A stretch of DNA of 64,000 nucleotides from Octopus vulgaris (GCA_951406725.2 OX597827.1:25668001-25732000); one strand, 5' to 3'. Positions 26,125 through 40,991 are shown, counted from the first letter of the stretch. The notes: generated from the sequence alone by a model not told the origin. Numbers and translations: made by a program.

Positions 26125-27118
26125 GAGTCAAATACTTTCGTAATGCAGCGTCTTAGAATGCTGGATCGACGTTCCGGTTAGACAGTTTGATGTCCGGTTC
26201 GTTCCAGATCTTCAAATGGAAAGGAAGTGGGACAAAATGGAAGAGCAGTTTGACCCGTCACAAGCTGAAATCGGCCAAAAGGAAGCACTTCTTCAATGGT
26301 TTGGGCTGAGTGGTGAATGGTTATTTGGCCATCAATATTTAACGCCTCAGCTTCATACTTTATGCACGCACCTCGAACCAGTTTATCTGGCGGCACTTCT
26401 GTGCTTCTATAGTTTTCTCCAAATGGCAATTCTTCAAAAAGCGATGGCAAGGCTAGAAGTTTAGAAAGTCATCCATAGTCCACGAAGAGAAAATTCTCCT
26501 GGATAGACTCGTCAGTTAAATGATGTCGACGCATAAAGCTTACTGGAGAATGTCGTCGTTCTTACCGTCACTCAACCACAACTTCTAACGCGGAAATTCC
26601 ATCGATCACATTTTCTTATCAGAAAACGCTGTAAATGCCAGACAACATTCCAAATGCCAGACGCCTAATTTTTATAATTCATTCAGAACGAACAGCATTC
26701 TTGTCACTGAGAAGCAAACCGCATTTACTCAATATCCAAGGATGTTTGTCGCATCTTCAAGGCATCCGACAAGAACGACATGGCATGATTACTGTTTAAA
26801 AGGAGTTGGCAATGGATCATATCTGTATCGTCCACTAAGAGATGGGTTCAGATGCTCCAGTCTGACCAGTGAAAACCGAGGTAAAATATGACAGTAAGGC
26901 GTTAAATATCGGTGGCAGTATAACCATTCACCACCTCAGCCCAACCTTTCAAGGGGAGCTTCCTTTTGGCCGATTTTAGAGTGTGACTGGTCAACCTGCT
27001 CTTCATTTTGTCCCACTTCCTTTGCATTTGAAGATCTGGAACAAACCGGACATCAAACTGGCTAACCGGAACGTCGATCCAGCATTCCAAGACGCTGCAA
27101 TACGAAAGTATTTGACTC
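26125..27118. mobile_element. About 1-kb non-autonomous DNA transposon with about 225-bp terminal inverted repeats
   Basis: GAGTCAAATACTTTCGTA...AATATTTAACGCCT (26125-26347) is inverted against 26897-27118; TA on both flanks; superfamily unassigned. Confidence 0.85.
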
Positions 27119-27610
27119 TACATACATGCATGCATACATACACACACACATATACATACATATAAACACATACACTCACAAACACTCGCACAAACAGACA
27201 CATATAAGAACGAAAGTTTCAATGGCCTTGCAAGATATTTACCGTTCAATATGTCATTAATAAAGTAGCAGTTACATGAATTTCCACAAGTCCATTTAGA
27301 GGTTCTATGTATGATCCAACATTTATTTCTATCGTCTTTCATCTAATAATACAACATTCGGACAAAATGAGTGAGCAATAAGAATGATGAATATTTTATT
27401 ATTTTTTAGTGAAAATATATTAGTGTGGACGATCGGATCTGCAGTAATATTTCGGCTTTAATTGATAACGCCCCAGGTAAAGTTGATCAAAATAACACCG
27501 TCCTTCAAGAAAATTCGGCAGTAACCAAATATATAAAAACAGCAAAGAATCACTGATGAAGCTGTTACAACATTGGTTCTCTAAATTGTCAGGTATATAA
27601 GTCTCTTAAA

Positions 27611-27845
27611 TGGCGCGAGCTGGCAGAATCGTTAGCACGCCGGGCGAAATACTTAGCGGTATTTCGTCTGTCTTTACGTTCTCAATTCACATTCTGCCGA
27701 GGTCGACGTTGCCTTTCATCCTTTCGGAGTCGATTAAATAAGTACCAGCTTCGCAGTAGAGTCGATTTAATCGACTTAATCCCCTTGTCTGTCCTTGTTT
27801 GTCCTCTCTGTGTTTAACCCCCTGTGGGCAACAAAAAAACAGAAA
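27611..27845 (+). mobile_element. SINE family A monomer
   Basis: GGCGCGAGCTGGCAGAATCGTTAGCACGCCGGGCGAAAT... Confidence 0.88.
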
Positions 27846-27905
27846 TATATATATCTCTTATACAGGTATTCATTACGCTCATTTACATAAATTATCATGT
27901 AACTA

Positions 27906-28959
27906 TTAGGTTGTTACACATGAAATATCGTATTTAAAAGGTAACAATAAAATGTTTCAGGTGTGTTAGAGAACTGATTTATTTAAGCAAATTATGACCC
28001 ATGTTCATTTATGATGTTTACCCAACGTTTCTCCGTGCCATATATTCCATCTTTAAAACAAAATCATCTTTTCTTGTGATAAAATGTCCGAATGCTTCAA
28101 TTATGTTTTATTGCTTATGAAAAGCTCAAAGTGCTTAAATAAGTGATGATCAGTAGGTGAGATATCAAGGGAATAGGGAGAATGTTCCAAAATCTCATAA
28201 TTCAGGCTTTGTAACTTGTGGATTGTAGCTTGAGGAGTGTGAGGACGTCCATTGTCGTGGAGTAAAATTGGCCCATCTCTGTTCACTAGTCTGGCTTGCT
28301 TCTGTTTCAAATTTCCATGCATACAATCAATTTCCTGGTAATGTTACCGTTTTTCCTTGTTGCAAAAATGAATAATGAATAACACACTTCGCAGACCACC
28401 ATACAGAGAACACTAACTTTCTAGGGTGCAATGGCAGATTTAGGTAGTGTTTAGGTGACTCTCCTGCATCTAATCACTATCCTGTTCTCATGCTGGTGTC
28501 AAAGATTATCCATTTCTCATCACAAGTAATGATTTGATGCAAAAAATGTTTTTCCAGTCGAGAAAGCAATAAGGAGCACACTTCGAAGCGTCTGTTTTTT
28601 TGAATCTCGTTCAGTTGATGTGGATAGAACCTATCCGTTTTCTCGAATGTTCCAATTTTTACAGGTGCCCAGAAACAGAGTCCTGATGAAAGTTTTCGAA
28701 CCTTTGTTCTCGGATTTTGTTCAACCAAAGCATTTAATCCATCATGCCGAGTAAGTGATTTGGGCCTACTCCTTGGTTTATTTTCAAGGCTATCATCTCC
28801 TGAACAAGATCTTTGGAACCATCTCTGAACAGTTCTGATGTCAACAAAACCATTACCAAAGGCCCGCCCGACATTCCGTAGCGCTTCTCTGGCAGAGTGA
28901 CTCACTCTGTATTCATACGAGAAAATCATTCAACATAATTTGGTTGTTATCACTTTCAT
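27906..28959 (-). pseudogene. Decayed mariner (DD34D) transposase
   Basis: RTVQRWFQR..GDDSLENKPRSRP, FLHQIITCDEKWI, ILLHDNGRPH and HSPYSLDISPTDHHLF; 3' TIR TA|TTAGGTTGTTAC at 27904. Confidence 0.92.
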
Positions 28960-29464
28960 AAAGTCTGTGGGTATGAATTTTGTAGACCAATATTATAGGG
29001 AAAGAAAATGAGTCAAGATTAAATGCAAGGCATACATAATTGAGTTTTTAAATCACTGAAATAACAAGTAATATATACACCTCAGTTCATAGCTTAGAGA
29101 ATATGACAGAGGATATTGTACATTTCACACGGCTCTTCTCATTTGAATTTTTTTATATATAAAAACATGTATATAAGCCGTAACAAATTGTTGGCTGTTT
29201 TGGTTTTCTAATGTTATTTTATATATTATATTATTCATATTATATTATGTTATATTATAATATAGATAAATTATTGGATTGTCAATTGTATATCTCTAAT
29301 TTATTGTTTGTAATTTGCATTACACCCATATTTATGTGGTATTTAACTGATGTTCCAGTGAATTGGATGTTTTACGCAGCACTTTGAAGGATTTCCTTTC
29401 CTTAGTTTCTTACTTTATACACAGACGCACACACACTCACACACACACACATACACAAATACAC

Positions 29465-29513
<49 letters not shown>

Positions 29514-29680
29514 CATACATACATACATACATACATACATACATACATACATACATACATACATACATACATACATACATACATACATACCTGCTGACGA
29601 GAGAGCTGATTTTGTTCTTCGAAATTCTGATGGTGAAAATGATGTATATTTTAACATGTTAGTGCAAAAATCAATCATTG

Positions 29681-29719
<39 letters not shown>

Positions 29720-29767
29720 CTTCACATATATGTATATATACATACATACATATATATATAAAAAAAT

Positions 29768-29800
<33 letters not shown>

Positions 29801-29927
29801 ATGTATGTGGCGGGCGTCATTTGAAGGCTAAAAAAATTGTGAAGCTCATTGTGACCAGCGACGATGTGTAGCAACATCTGATAGCCTGGTCGGTTGCGGT
29901 GATCATCACGGTAATATATGTATATAG

Positions 29928-30007
<80 letters not shown>

Positions 30008-31116
30008 ATATGTATATATGGGGAGAGAGATGTATTGACAATGCGCTCCAGTGTGTTTGATCTCTACTGTTTTATTGTATAAATATGTATGATTGCTTTC
30101 ATATTAGTCCAAAAGTCAACTGTTTCATATTAATACTAGGCACTGTACACATCTCGCCGCCCCACTGTTTTCTTTACAAAAATAATCATATTTACACCTC
30201 GATATTAACTTACACAATTCCGTCCATGTTAAATTACTAAAAGTTCTAAGAGAATCGAAGTAAAAACACGACATGTTGGTGGTTCATATTACACGTATGT
30301 GATAAAGATGAATATGTAAATAATTATAAATGCAGCCTTTTCAATCGTAGTGTAACTAATAAGAAACCGAAATGTTCAAAACGGAGTCGGAACAATGATT
30401 TCTGTCAGAGAGCACCTAAAAATCATGCCAACGTTGTCGACAATTGCATGCTAGCAGATTTCCTTTCAGATATTGACAAGAACCAAGGACAATTTTGGCA
30501 GCATGTAGAAACTTGGTATTTTGCCAAGGCGAACTCAAAATCCAATGTATTGAAGGCTTTGGAATATTTCCAGGAATTCACTGTCAGCGGTTATTAGTTA
30601 CGTCAGGAAAGATTACCGTAAAACGAAATATTTATCATCAAAAGATCGCAAAAGGTGGTTATTTCTAAAATACAGAACCAAGTAGTAACGTGGCAACTGA
30701 CGGATATTCATAGAAACATACATAATACACATTACAAAACAATCTTTTGGCTACCGACTTGAATAACTGAGACGCAATTTTAAATAAAGGGCAGGAAGCG
30801 TCTTTGATAAGAGACATTTGATGATATCAGATGTGGGAGAGGGGGATTCTACAATATGTTAGATTGTGAAAATAGGGTTCCATTCAAATATTTCCCTAAA
30901 AATAACTTAACTATTCCTTCGACACTACAATTCATCATTTGACATCTCAATTGTGTCTCTTTGGATTTCTTTTTGTTTTTCTATTTCTTTCTGTATTGTT
31001 TCTTCGATTATCCATACAAAAATATATACAGAAATGCATATACATATACGCATTTCTGTATACATATATATATATATATATATACATACATACATAAATA
31101 TATACATATATATATG

Positions 31117-31150
<34 letters not shown>

Positions 31151-31161
31151 CATACATACAT

Positions 31162-31221
<60 letters not shown>

Positions 31222-31426
31222 ACATATATATAGTCAAGACTATAGAAAAGGTTGCAAGACGCAACGAAAATTTTAGGAAAATAAAAATAAGAAATAAGTG
31301 GAAATTTTATCGGTGAGTGTGTTAAATTATAAGACACTAAAAGAAAATGACTCTTCCCAGACACAACAGAATATGCTTCAACACAAGAACTTATATAAAG
31401 AATCTTGCAAACCAAATCCAAAAACG

Positions 31427-31522
<96 letters not shown>

Positions 31523-32680
31523 ACAAGGGGTGTCTGAAAAGTCTTGAGCCTCGAAAAAGCAACACATCGTACATCTTCAAGGCCCCAAAATTTCCATACA
31601 CCTCTCGTATATGTAGATATAGTTGTCCTCGTATGTAGAGTTTGACGTACAACTGCTATCAGCGACTTTAAATCTCCACGAAGATTATCAACATCCTGTC
31701 CACTCCCAGCTAAATGGCGTACTAAATGGGTACTATTGTGCTGTCTAGCAGCATTACTAGTTTTAATATGCATAGCAGATGTAAGAGAAGTTAAAATAAA
31801 TGTAAAATGCATTTTGTAGCATTTTTACCCTATATACGTTTTTTCATTGTGTTTATTTGCATCCTCTGCAGTAGATATTTCAAGTGCAGCTGGATGAAGG
31901 AACACAATAATTCATTGAGGACACACTGCATTGCATTCTGCTACCCTGCGAAAAACACGTGATCTGTGTAACCTAATGAAATAAAGCGTTCGCCTGATGA
32001 AATACTGTGGGTCGGAACCCAGTTGCATTTGAACAACAGCGGCTCATTACACAGCAGAACTCTTGGTCTTCCACCGTTTCTTCATTCGGTATTCTGAGCC
32101 TGAACGAATCGGGGTTTTATTAGAAGCCTACGAAATATTAAATCCTGAAATGAAAATATACATAACTCCTAGATGTGTTCAGTGCCTTTGTCTTTCGTTT
32201 GTCCGCACACACATACGCGCGCGCACCAACACACATTTACATATCAGAACACACTTCAAATGCGTACATATTTAGAGTTAACAAGAATCGATATTAAATG
32301 AATGTTAATATTTGGTAAGGGTTTTCTATTTAGCCTCCATTATATTTAGAATGACATCTAAGAAATTGGCTGTGACTAGACGAGAGCTAATTATTTTCTG
32401 GCCGACATAGTCAAAAGTGTTTAATTTCATAGGCAAAATATAATCCCTTCAATGGAACGTGACGCATTATCATTGAAGTGACTTGTGTTGTGGGCTGCTT
32501 CTAACATGTTTAACATCAAAAGACACTCGCCCAGGCAGCCAGGTCCACGAAGAATCCCTTTCAATCAAAAGCGACATAGGGCTTTTCTTTCCATCTTAAC
32601 ATCAAATTACTCTATTTTTACCGCCATTATAGAACCTAATTGTTTAATAATTTTACAGAATGAGCTTTCTGTAAAGACGT

Positions 32681-32738
32681 TATGTGCCACATCTATGTGC
32701 CACATCTATGTGCCACATCTATGTGCCACATCTATGTG
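32681..32738. repeat. 13-bp tandem repeat (TATGTGCCACATC) x about 4.5
   Basis: Directly visible, perfect copies. Confidence 0.9.
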
Positions 32739-33338
32739 TCCCTGGTGGACCTTCCATCTTCTGTTTGGCTCTCCTCTGCCAGATGGTGGAACATAGCGCT
32801 CTTCTTCAATTTTAGGGATTTCAATAGACTTTTTATTCGGGCCACTGTAAATTTTTGCATAATCAGTTACTTTATCAAGTCACAATTGTTGAACATAATT
32901 AGCCGGAGACTGTTTTCTAAGATATGTTCTCATAAAAACTCAGCCTGCTTGCTCAGATCGTGTATAACTAAGACACTTTCTTGTTTTTGAATATGGAGGG
33001 CAGTCAGACCGAAGTGCTTTTCCCGAAGATTGATGGATGGATGTGTTTCGGAGTAGTTATTTCCTCTGCAGCACACAACACTTGTAAAAGAGGCTCTACG
33101 AAGTGATAGCAAAAACCCAAGTCTCTTATTAAATCCCAGTCTAAGTACTGTCACTCGATGCTCAGATCAGCGGCCTGGCCGAATTGAAATACGGATTAGA
33201 AGCGCTTCTCATCTTTATCTTATTCGAATTGTGTTTGTATGTATGTCTCTACAGCAAGAATGTTTCTCCATGACAAAATACGCCGATTGAATTCGAATGT
33301 TTCAAGCGTATTTGAAGGGGTAACAATTTTATTATATA

Positions 33339-33552
33339 CAGTGTGGCCCAAAATTAGGTTTACAGTTATCCTGTAGGCACATTAAATTTCTTTTCAAACA
33401 TTTTATTACATTTCAATTTCTATCTTACAGCTAATTAAACTAGCACAGAATAATGGTTTCATATTGTTTTTTACAATTAAGATATAAACTGTTAATATAT
33501 GAATGCGAAAGAGATAGTTGAATAACTGTAAACCTACTTTTGGGTCATCCTT
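33339..33552. mobile_element. Tc1/mariner-type MITE
   Basis: About 31-bp imperfect TIRs CAGTGTGGCCCAAAATTAGGTTTACAGTTAT / ATAACTGTAAACCTACTTTTGGGTCATCCTT with TA on both sides. Confidence 0.8.
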
Positions 33553-34116
33553 TATATATGTATGTATATGCATGTGTGAGTGTTTGTTATAAGCCAGAAC
33601 AGGTTCAGCTACTTAACAGGAGAATTGCATACGATATTAATATATTACACCATCTTTTCATTCAATGGTTAGAGTTCCGCGTCTCACGTAATTGCTTCAT
33701 GATGCATCAGGTTACGCATTTTCATTATTTCAATGAGAAGAATAAATACGATCAAATCGTAAATATAATAATAAGGTAAAGTATTTTACAAATTTTCCGT
33801 TTCATTTGTCGTTTTCCAGTTTTGAATATACGTCGGAAATATCGGGAGAATAAATATTTATTGTTAACTTTCACACACACATATATATATATATATACAC
33901 GCACATATACACGTACACATACACACACACATATATATATACACACACAAACATACGTATCAATCTGCTCGGTATACATGCATAAAAGGTGATTGTATAT
34001 GTAAACATACACGCAACATATACATGCACATATATATATATATATATTCGAAGGTATATGCAAGTACACACGAATAAACATCTATCTATCTATCTGTCTA
34101 TCTATCTATCTATAAA

Positions 34117-34233
<117 letters not shown>

Positions 34234-35162
34234 ACCTACCTACCTAACAACCTACCTACCTACCTACCTACCTACCTATCTATCTATCTATCTATCTATC
34301 GACTATCTATCTATCTATCTATCTATATGTATATATATGTATACATACACATTATACGTACACAAAAATTGCATATGCTCACACACACATACACGTGTAT
34401 ATGGAGATATCTATATGCAATTTTATACTTACACACACATACACACACATCGGAATGTGTGTGTGTGTGAGTGTGTGTGTGTATATGTGTGTGTGGATGT
34501 GTGAGTATGTGTGCGTTAAATCCTAAGTTTCTTTCAGTCGTCACACACCATACAAGCCTACTTACACTTGCTTAAGTCCTCATCCGCTCATATACGAATA
34601 TATGTATCTTTAAAATTATATTTTAACAGCTGAACTGAACTGCGATATATATGATTAATATTAGCAGGGCGTTGAACCAAATCCCCTGCGCTAAAAATCG
34701 GAGAAACCTAATTTAAAATTACTATTCGGAATAGTAGATCTGTTGGCAGATTTCGATGTGAGATAATAAGGAAACTAAAGGAAGAAATAAAAAGTAATAA
34801 ATACAGTGTAAGGAACCAGAAGACAGGGAACAATGGCATATTCTCGAAAGATGTGTAATTAATAATTCACCTGGGTTAATTGTAATACGAGCAACGTATA
34901 ATTAAGTAGGATGTGGTTGAGAATTTCCAGTGAGAGGTAAAAGATAGCATATTATGTTTTTGCCGAAGTTAGGTATAAATTTCATGATGCTACATACATA
35001 ATGATTGCTTACCGAAATCTATATAATTGTATTATACTTCTGTGTGTATGTGTGTGTGTTTCGTGTGTTTGTGAGTGTGTGTGTATCTGCGTGTGTGTAT
35101 GTGTGTGCACTTATACATGCTTACAGCACATTGACACAGACACAGATGTACACGTGTATCAG

Positions 35163-35206
<44 letters not shown>

Positions 35207-35299
35207 CACATATATATATATATATACATACACACATATATATATATACACGTATATATATATATACACACATGCCTACATATCTAGAAATTTATATAC

Positions 35300-35383
<84 letters not shown>

Positions 35384-36328
35384 ATACACATATATATATA
35401 TATACATATACACACATATATGTACACACACACGTATATATATAAATATGTATACACATACACACACGCACACATATATATACACATATATATATATATG
35501 AATATGTATCTATATCTCTTCTACTTGTTTTTCTTCTACCTTTCGTTCTCCCCCTCCTTTTTCTCTCTCTCTCTCTCTTCCCCCTCTTTCTCTCTCTATC
35601 TCTGTGTGTGTGTGCGTGTGTGTGTGTAATAATTCTGTCTATCTATTTAGATGGGAAAATGGTAAGGAAGAATTAGGAAAAGGCGTTGCATGATCGTCGG
35701 AGCCATTCCACCAACCTACTCATAGCTTCATATTATTCCGATGCCATTTCGTTTGTTTTCTTGTGCTACAGCACAACATCCTCTCACACACAGTCACAGA
35801 AACATGCATAAACGATAACTCCATACGCGCGCACGTATGTACATATAATACTTATCTAAGTTATGTATAATATCTATGAACTTAACATGTAGCCGAGAAA
35901 ATTTTCTTTGCTATGGTTGTCCACGAAGCCACGTCAACTAGTAAGTTATGAATGAAAGGAATTCAGAAAATGCAGCATGCGCTTGGTTCCCTGTGGCGAT
36001 CATTTCATAGGTAGCAATATATAGATGGTATTCGGGAATATTGTCAATGAGCAGATAACTTCTTTTCGGTTATTGATTTAGTCGTTTTTAAATATTGTTT
36101 ACTGTGTGTGCATATTAGGGAGACTTAAATGAAGGAAACTTTCAGAAAGAAACTGCCATTTATTTGATTATTCAAAAGCATAAACTTAAATCTACTGTCG
36201 TCCAATACAGTAGATTTTTTTTTTAATTATTTTTTTTTTGGCATTCATTTTCCGTTTGTATTTTTCTCCTTGAATATCATGTCTGTCAAACTCGTTCATT
36301 TTCTCTCACACCACTATGTTACTTTCAA

Positions 36329-36404
<76 letters not shown>

Positions 36405-37113
36405 GTATGTATGTATGTATGTATGTATGTATCTATCTGTCTGTCTGTCTGTCTGTCTGTCTTCTCTGTCTCTCTATCTACCAATCTATCTGACTATGTA
36501 TATATGTATGTATGTATGTATGTATGCATGCATGTATGTATGTATGTATGTATGTATGTATGTATCTATCTATCTATCTATCAATATATCTATTTATCTA
36601 TCTGACTGTCTATCACTCTCTCTGTTCACATATATTTATGTATGTAGATAGATAAACAGACAGATATACACTCATATACATACATGTGTGTGTGTGTGGA
36701 AATAGATATCAATTGTAATTTATTATCTAACTACCTATCTCATTATACATATATATGATTTTGTGTAGCTATTCATTTTTACGAAGAAAACTCGTGGTGT
36801 TTTGGCTATATATTCATATACGACGTACAAGAATTAAACAAAAACTAGAAGTGGAAGAGAAACAAAGCCTATCTAAGTGTGTGTATGTATGATTGTGTGT
36901 GTGTGTTTGTGTATGTGTGTGTGTGTGTGTGGAAAATATTCAATAATACGATTACAATTAATTGCTAATTACGGACAGTCTCTTTTACAGTCGGTCATGT
37001 TCCCTCCTCCATCTATCTAAATAATTAAAACACTAGTTTTTTCACCATCTGCTTCATTTTATCTTCCTAAATCTCACCTTCTTCATCTGTCTGTCTGTAC
37101 GTGTGATGTCGGT

Positions 37114-37203
<90 letters not shown>

Positions 37204-37333
37204 CTCTATCTCTCTATCTCTCTATCTGTCTGTCTGTCTGTCTATATATTTATTCGATTTTCCGTCTGCCTATCTTTTTACCTTACGATCTATATATACA
37301 TGTCTCTCTCTTTCACTCTCTCTCTTTTTGCAT

Positions 37334-37413
<80 letters not shown>

Positions 37414-37456
37414 ATGTATGTATGTATACATATATATATATGTATGTATGTATATA

Positions 37457-37491
<35 letters not shown>

Positions 37492-38046
37492 ACATACATA
37501 CATACGTACATACATATATATATGTGTGTAAATATATATATATACACATATATATATATATATGTGTGTGTGTGTATGTATGTATGTATATGTGTGAGTG
37601 TCTGTGCATGTGCATATATGTGCGTATACGTGTATGTGTTTACCAACCGCTTTGGAAAACTGTGCGAAAATATCCAGACAGCCACACTATTACCGATTTC
37701 TTAATGCATTCATATTTCATTATCTAATTTTAATATAAGCAATGTGACAGCTTCAACCAAAAGTTCCGAAATATATTTGTTATTAGATAACACTCACAAA
37801 AACACACGTTCGCGCACACATAGATATATCTATTTTTCCATGTGGAGGCCAATATATAACACTTTCGTTATCCAATTTAATTATAGTTACATGATGTTTT
37901 ACGTTTTCTTTTTTGTTTATTAATTCGAGTTATATTTCAGTAAAGTGGGAATATTTTGCGCTTTACATTCTGTACTACAAAGCTTTATCTATGTATATTT
38001 ATGTAATTGGTGTATTTGAGTTATTTCCCTTAGCTGTCGTAACACA

Positions 38047-38077
<31 letters not shown>

Positions 38078-38459
38078 GTGTTATATAAGAGCAAAATCAA
38101 AACATTGAAACATTTCAAACCAATATTTTTTCTAAAGGCTAAGCATAACCTACCTTCACTATAGATTATATCCATAATACACATAAAATTATAGATTATC
38201 TCCATAATACACATAAAATTTCATATTTTAACGATAAATTAAACAAGTCCTTTTCAACAAAAGTTTCTACAAAATTTTCTAAAATGAATGCACACATCTA
38301 CAAACACACGCATATATATATGAAAGGAGGATAGAGGAACAACCTGGCTCAAATTATTTTTTGCACCTATTTATATTAACTCTTTTCTATCATATATTCA
38401 TCAATCAAAAATGATTCATAAAATGCTAACGCTTGAGACCGAATGGAAGAAATGTTTAT

Positions 38460-38751
38460 AAAACAAATCGCTCCTAAATGTCACCTCCCTAAACACCTAA
38501 GATGAACTGAAGGCAAGTGTTATGGTAGCATTCACCAACATAAACATGGAGACCGTCAGAAGAGTTGCAGGAGATTCCGAAGTCGTCTGCAGGCCGTGGT
38601 TGGAGCCAATGGCGATTTCATTGAATAAATTTACTCTTTTGTATTACAAGATATTTTAATACAATTTTGGTAAATATATCTATAAAAATGAGTTGTCAGT
38701 GTTGTTTTCCTTCTTATGTAATTTTGGCGACAGTTTATTCAGCGCACTCTG
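38460..38751 (+). mobile_element. 3' end of Tc1-like (maT/DD37D-like) element
   Basis: DELKASVMVAFTNINMETVR..RRFRSRLQAVVGANGDFIE* followed by a TIR-like ...CAGCGCACTCTG|TA. Confidence 0.7.
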
Positions 38752-38759
38752 TATATACA

Positions 38760-39250
38760 CAGGTTGTCCCAAAAGTCACTAACAATTAACTGTTTTTCAT
38801 AGCTTCCTTAACTTTAGAAATAAATGCATGAAATTGTGTTACAATATTAAGGACATAATGGAAATTAGGATGTACAAGTCAACGTTTGCAACACCACTAC
38901 ACCACATATCAAAAATGACGTCGCGAAAATAGCAGCTATTTCCCGGCCTCGCACGCCCCTGCTCTTTCCAAAACTTCCACCATAACACCCCCAAGAGTTT
39001 CAGACCCCACTCTTCTGATTTCTCTATTGATGTTCTCCGTCAGTTGCACCAGAGTCTCTAGATTGCTGACGTAAACCCTCTATTTCCACTATCACCACAA
39101 GAAAAAATCCGGGCTAGTCAAGTCTGGGGAACATAAAGGCCAGTTGACATTGCCGTAACGGGAGATTATTCTTTCCCCAAAGCACTGCCGTAACAACTGC
39201 ATTGTTTCTCTTGCGGTATGAGCAGTTCCGCCCAGCCCTTGCTGGAACTA
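38760..39250 (-). pseudogene. 3' half of DD41D (rosa-type) Tc1/mariner transposon
   Basis: FQQ.GGTAHTARETMQLLRQCFGERIISRYGNVNWPLCSPDLTSPDFFLW gives 41-residue spacing; TIR CAGGTTGTCCCAAAAGTCACT at 38760. Confidence 0.8.
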
Positions 39251-39629
39251 TGTATGAGGTCTACTGTGAATGGCATTCACGTTCCACAAACTTGACTAGC
39301 CCCGACTTTTTCTTGTGGGGATACCTGACAGAGAGGGTTTACGCCAACAAACCGGAGACCCTGGTGCAACTGGTCTCATCCAAGAATGGAATCAATCTAC
39401 AAACATGATCCTGGACCACGACCTCCCAGAAACAGCTGTTTCACTTGTGATACTTTGCTTCAACCCCTTTAATTCTTGATATAATTTCTATTCTGTATAA
39501 GTCGGACCTTTTTGTATGTAAGAATATATACATTTTTTGTATTTCGTGTATTTATTACAATTTATATATTGACCTGTCTAACTCGCTTATCCTAACATTT
39601 ATTTTTCTACTCGCTCAAGTTTAAACCTC

Positions 39630-40165
39630 TTGAAACACTATTAACTGTATTCTATACGGATAATATATGATTCTCATCAGAACCCACAATATGGTAGAAG
39701 CCATAACCACTCATAATAAAAAGGAATGCTGATGGAATGTCCCACTGAAGACCTCAATAAAATGTAATCTTAACAGACCTGATAAAATGATTTGAGATAT
39801 AGAAGAGAAGCTGTGCACAGTTGTGGAAATTAGTTGCCCAGCGGATGTTAGCATAAAGCTGAAGATGAGTGAAAATGAGAACACCTATGCTGACCTATTG
39901 AGACATTTGCAGTTACTCTATCCAAAGTACATGTTGAGGTTTATATATGTAATTATTGGGGCCCTGGGATATGTAATAATGGGATATGTAACACTGCCTA
40001 AATACCAATCTTGAGAAAATAGGCTTCTCAAAACCAGAAAGAAGAAAGCTAATTCGAAGACTACAGATCCAATCGATCCCTGGAACTGTAAAATTCTATA
40101 AAACTTTCGAGAAGTTAATCATTTAAAACATATGAGCATGTCTAGATACGCAACTATATGCATGA
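39630..40165 (+). pseudogene. 3' end of R4/Dong-like non-LTR retrotransposon (restriction-like endonuclease domain)
   Basis: WNVPLKTSIKCNLNRPDKMI*DIEEKLCTVVEISCPAD...ENTYADL...VIIGALG matches the RPD-x-E/CP..K-Y..GALG pattern of REL endonucleases. Confidence 0.8.
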
Positions 40166-40207
40166 GAATACATACATACTACATACATACATACATACAT
40201 ACATACA

Positions 40208-40239
<32 letters not shown>

Positions 40240-40340
40240 AAAATACCCTTTTGTTGATGTTAAACTTCCAACGAAGGACCCTTGGGTCTATGTTATAAAT
40301 AGGTTCTTTCTCTATTGGCAAGAAATCTTGAAAATAAACG

Positions 40341-40468
40341 TTGTCTCTTTCTGTAGAAGAGCGTAGGCTCGAGACGTAAAATACTTTTTCTAATCCTGAG
40401 CGCTATACTAATACATCTGTTTGTTTTGTACACCACCTGTCTTCGTCTTTTGTTTTTTCGTAAACTCT

Positions 40469-40472
<4 letters not shown>
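40341..40472 (+). mobile_element. Family F2 copy (variant hammerhead, ends at (TA)n)
   Basis: CTTTCTGTAGAAGAGCGTAGGCTCGAGACGTAAAA...; homologous to 4655-4800 on the minus strand. Confidence 0.65.
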
Positions 40473-40504
<32 letters not shown>

Positions 40505-40507
<3 letters not shown>

Positions 40508-40991
40508 ACAATAGCCTCATTAAGGGATAAAAAAATATGCAGTGAATTACTGGTTTGTTACCTATTATTTTTTGTGAATAGTAGTATTACTAGAATAATA
40601 GGTTTAACTATAAATCTTGGTTTATAAATATTCAAATTAAGATTTTAAAAATGGAGATGTAGCATTAATATATTTTATAAACTGCGACAATTCAACATGT
40701 TCTCTTACAGCTGTTTCGATTTTGCCAAAATATTTAAATTCGAGTAATTACAACATTTTTTATTGGGCAAAATCTCGTCAGAGTAGTAGAAAAAACATAC
40801 CGTTATTTTTAGATGTTATTCTTCGAAAGCAGACAAAAGACAGTTGAGTCTGTTTTTTGCCGAATAGAAATATTTCAATTACTGAAATTTAATTGTTTGG
40901 GCACAATCAAAACAGCTGTTAAAGACGATACTGAATTTTTGCAGTAAATAAATTATATTAATGCTACATCTTCAATTTTCTGAGTGTTAAT

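Noticed and set aside
31991-32042. CGC-CUGAUGA...GAAC..GCG hammerhead-like string
   Set aside because: No proper GAAA, stem III or cleavage triplet; single copy; may be chance.
31522-33150. Possible Tc1/mariner remnant starting TA|CAAGGGGTGTCTGAAAAGTC
   Set aside because: Only one TIR-like end and no recognisable catalytic motifs.
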